Source of the DNA: the human T2T-CHM13v2.0 reference genome, Homo sapiens
Reading direction: 5' to 3' (one strand)
Assembly (NCBI RefSeq): GCF_009914755.1
Contig: NC_060927.1
DNA: 64,000 nucleotides
Of this stretch, positions 62,341 to 64,000 are shown piece after piece. The notes beneath the pieces were generated by a model, which saw only the letters and a list, made by a program, of their open reading frames with translations, searched no databases and was not told the DNA's origin. The position numbers and the translations under genes are program-made. Position 1 is the stretch's first letter; each line of letters begins with the position of its first letter.

Positions 62341-64000
62341 TTTTTTTAAACATTGAAAAAGCCTTTTATCACTATGACAAGAGATGATCAACAATTTAGG
62401 AATATCCATAGAATGTGTAAATACCATTGCTATATGTTATATGTATATAAATTAATACAGAAACAGCACATATTTATTTCTTTAAGGAATTTATTAAACA
62501 GGCAAAAATTATTCAACATTCTAGAAAACAACCTTGATGTAACCTTATCCTCAAACACCTACTTAAAAAATAAATTGAGAATATTCATTTGGTAGGATAT
62601 TGCTGATTGGTATAAAAAGGAAAAAAATTGTGGTCCAACTAGGTAAAATAAAGTTAAAATGTTTTCTTTACTAAATGACTTATTGCAGTGTTTAAGAAAA
62701 ACATAAAGTATACAGTGTTTCACAAATTTATTTCACCATGGAATGTTTTCATTGTAGGATATTTCATGTCATTTTTGTTGCCTAATACTTTGGAAAATTA
62801 TGTCTTAGACATTTAGTGCTATCCAGCTTCCTTGCTTTCAAAAAATTGAACTAGAATTAGTTTGGCACTGAGCTAGGCTTCATAAATGTTTCATTTTATC
62901 CAATGAATGTACAGCATTTGACAGCACAAAAGTTAAACCACCATAGAAAAGAGAAATACTTCATTCTCATTATTTGTTTTATAATTCTTTTTCATATGGT
63001 GTCAGTGTTATCCATTCAATTAAATTTATAATTTTCATGCTCTTCATTTTGAATCCTAATTTAGAAAAAATAAAAAGAGTAAAATAATAAAATGTATTTT
63101 TATTGGTTCTCATTCCAATTTCTGAAACAATATATAGTTAGCAATTTAAAAATTAATTATCCTCCATATATTTGCCTATAGATTTAGTCATTCTAAAATT
63201 TAGAAATTAGACAAAGTTTATCTTTCCTCTACAGTAATCCTAGTAAATGTTATGCATTACCGTAATCCTATAAGGAGATTTAAAATTCCTGTACTTTTAT
63301 TGACCAGTTCTACTTTTCATGCACATTCCTTTCAGGGGAAGGGAAAAATAAGGAAAGAAAACACATAGCAAGCATATAGACAGGAATGATCTAATTCTAA
63401 TATGCCAGTGTCCACGTTGACTCATCAATTCATTAAGCAAATGAATATTAGTTTTTATTTGTCTGCATGTCATGTCTGGCTGTGGTGTACACTATACCAA
63501 TTCTATTTTGGATTGATTGCTGACAGAGAAATCATTCATTATGCATGTGAGGAATGAAGTCCCAGAGACATAATTTTTTCAGCTTGACTCTATGAATACA
63601 CAAAAAGGCTGGTGTTTCTTTGTGTTGATAATAAGACAATACATGTCTCATTAGCATGTTTAGACTACATACAAGTTATAAGTATTTGTAGCATATTGAT
63701 AGTTATCAATGCCTTCTTTGAGGTTTGGTTATGAGAAAATGTGATATTCAGTAAATGGACTAGTACCTAACAGCAGGTGTTCCAATCTTGCCAATTGCAA
63801 TACCATAATTTATTCACTATTAATCTGTTGCTGGATGAATGTTGCAACTGCAAAGATAAAACTCCCATTAAACCAGGAGGAGTTATGTAGTTACATTGAT
63901 TTTGATAAATTCAGGTAGAAATTTAATGACATTCCATTGTTTTGTTCAATTTTTATTGTTCTAATTATATCATCAATCATAGTTCATTCCAGTTGCATAT

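Overview
Primate (human or great-ape-like), AT-rich, repeat-dense intergenic or intronic DNA. I see no intact protein-coding gene, RNA gene or CRISPR array. The long ORFs are broken LINE-1 ORF2 remnants and fragments of a processed CAP1 pseudogene (41688-44433, with poly(A) and a 12-bp TSD). The window holds six L1PA insertions (one with a twin-priming 5' inversion), a two-LTR THE1 MaLR element, solo LTRs, Alus/FLAMs, a MADE1 mariner hairpin and older DNA/L2/MIR relics. I found no novel biological system. The most unusual observations are: (1) two L1 copies with different subfamily diagnostics, lying in inverted orientation, share a 452-bp block with only 2 differences and many private mutations, which points to ectopic gene conversion; shorter shared patches link one of them to a third L1 50 kb away; (2) a ~390-bp fold-back element with ~95-bp inverted arms around an 18-bp minisatellite; (3) a ~118-bp local templated insertion inside an MLT1 LTR; (4) an inversion junction that creates a new in-frame ATG for L1 ORF2; (5) a ~110-bp young L1 and a CA microsatellite nested in the CAP1 retrocopy. 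Repeat subfamily names come from remembered consensus motifs and need RepeatMasker/Dfam confirmation.
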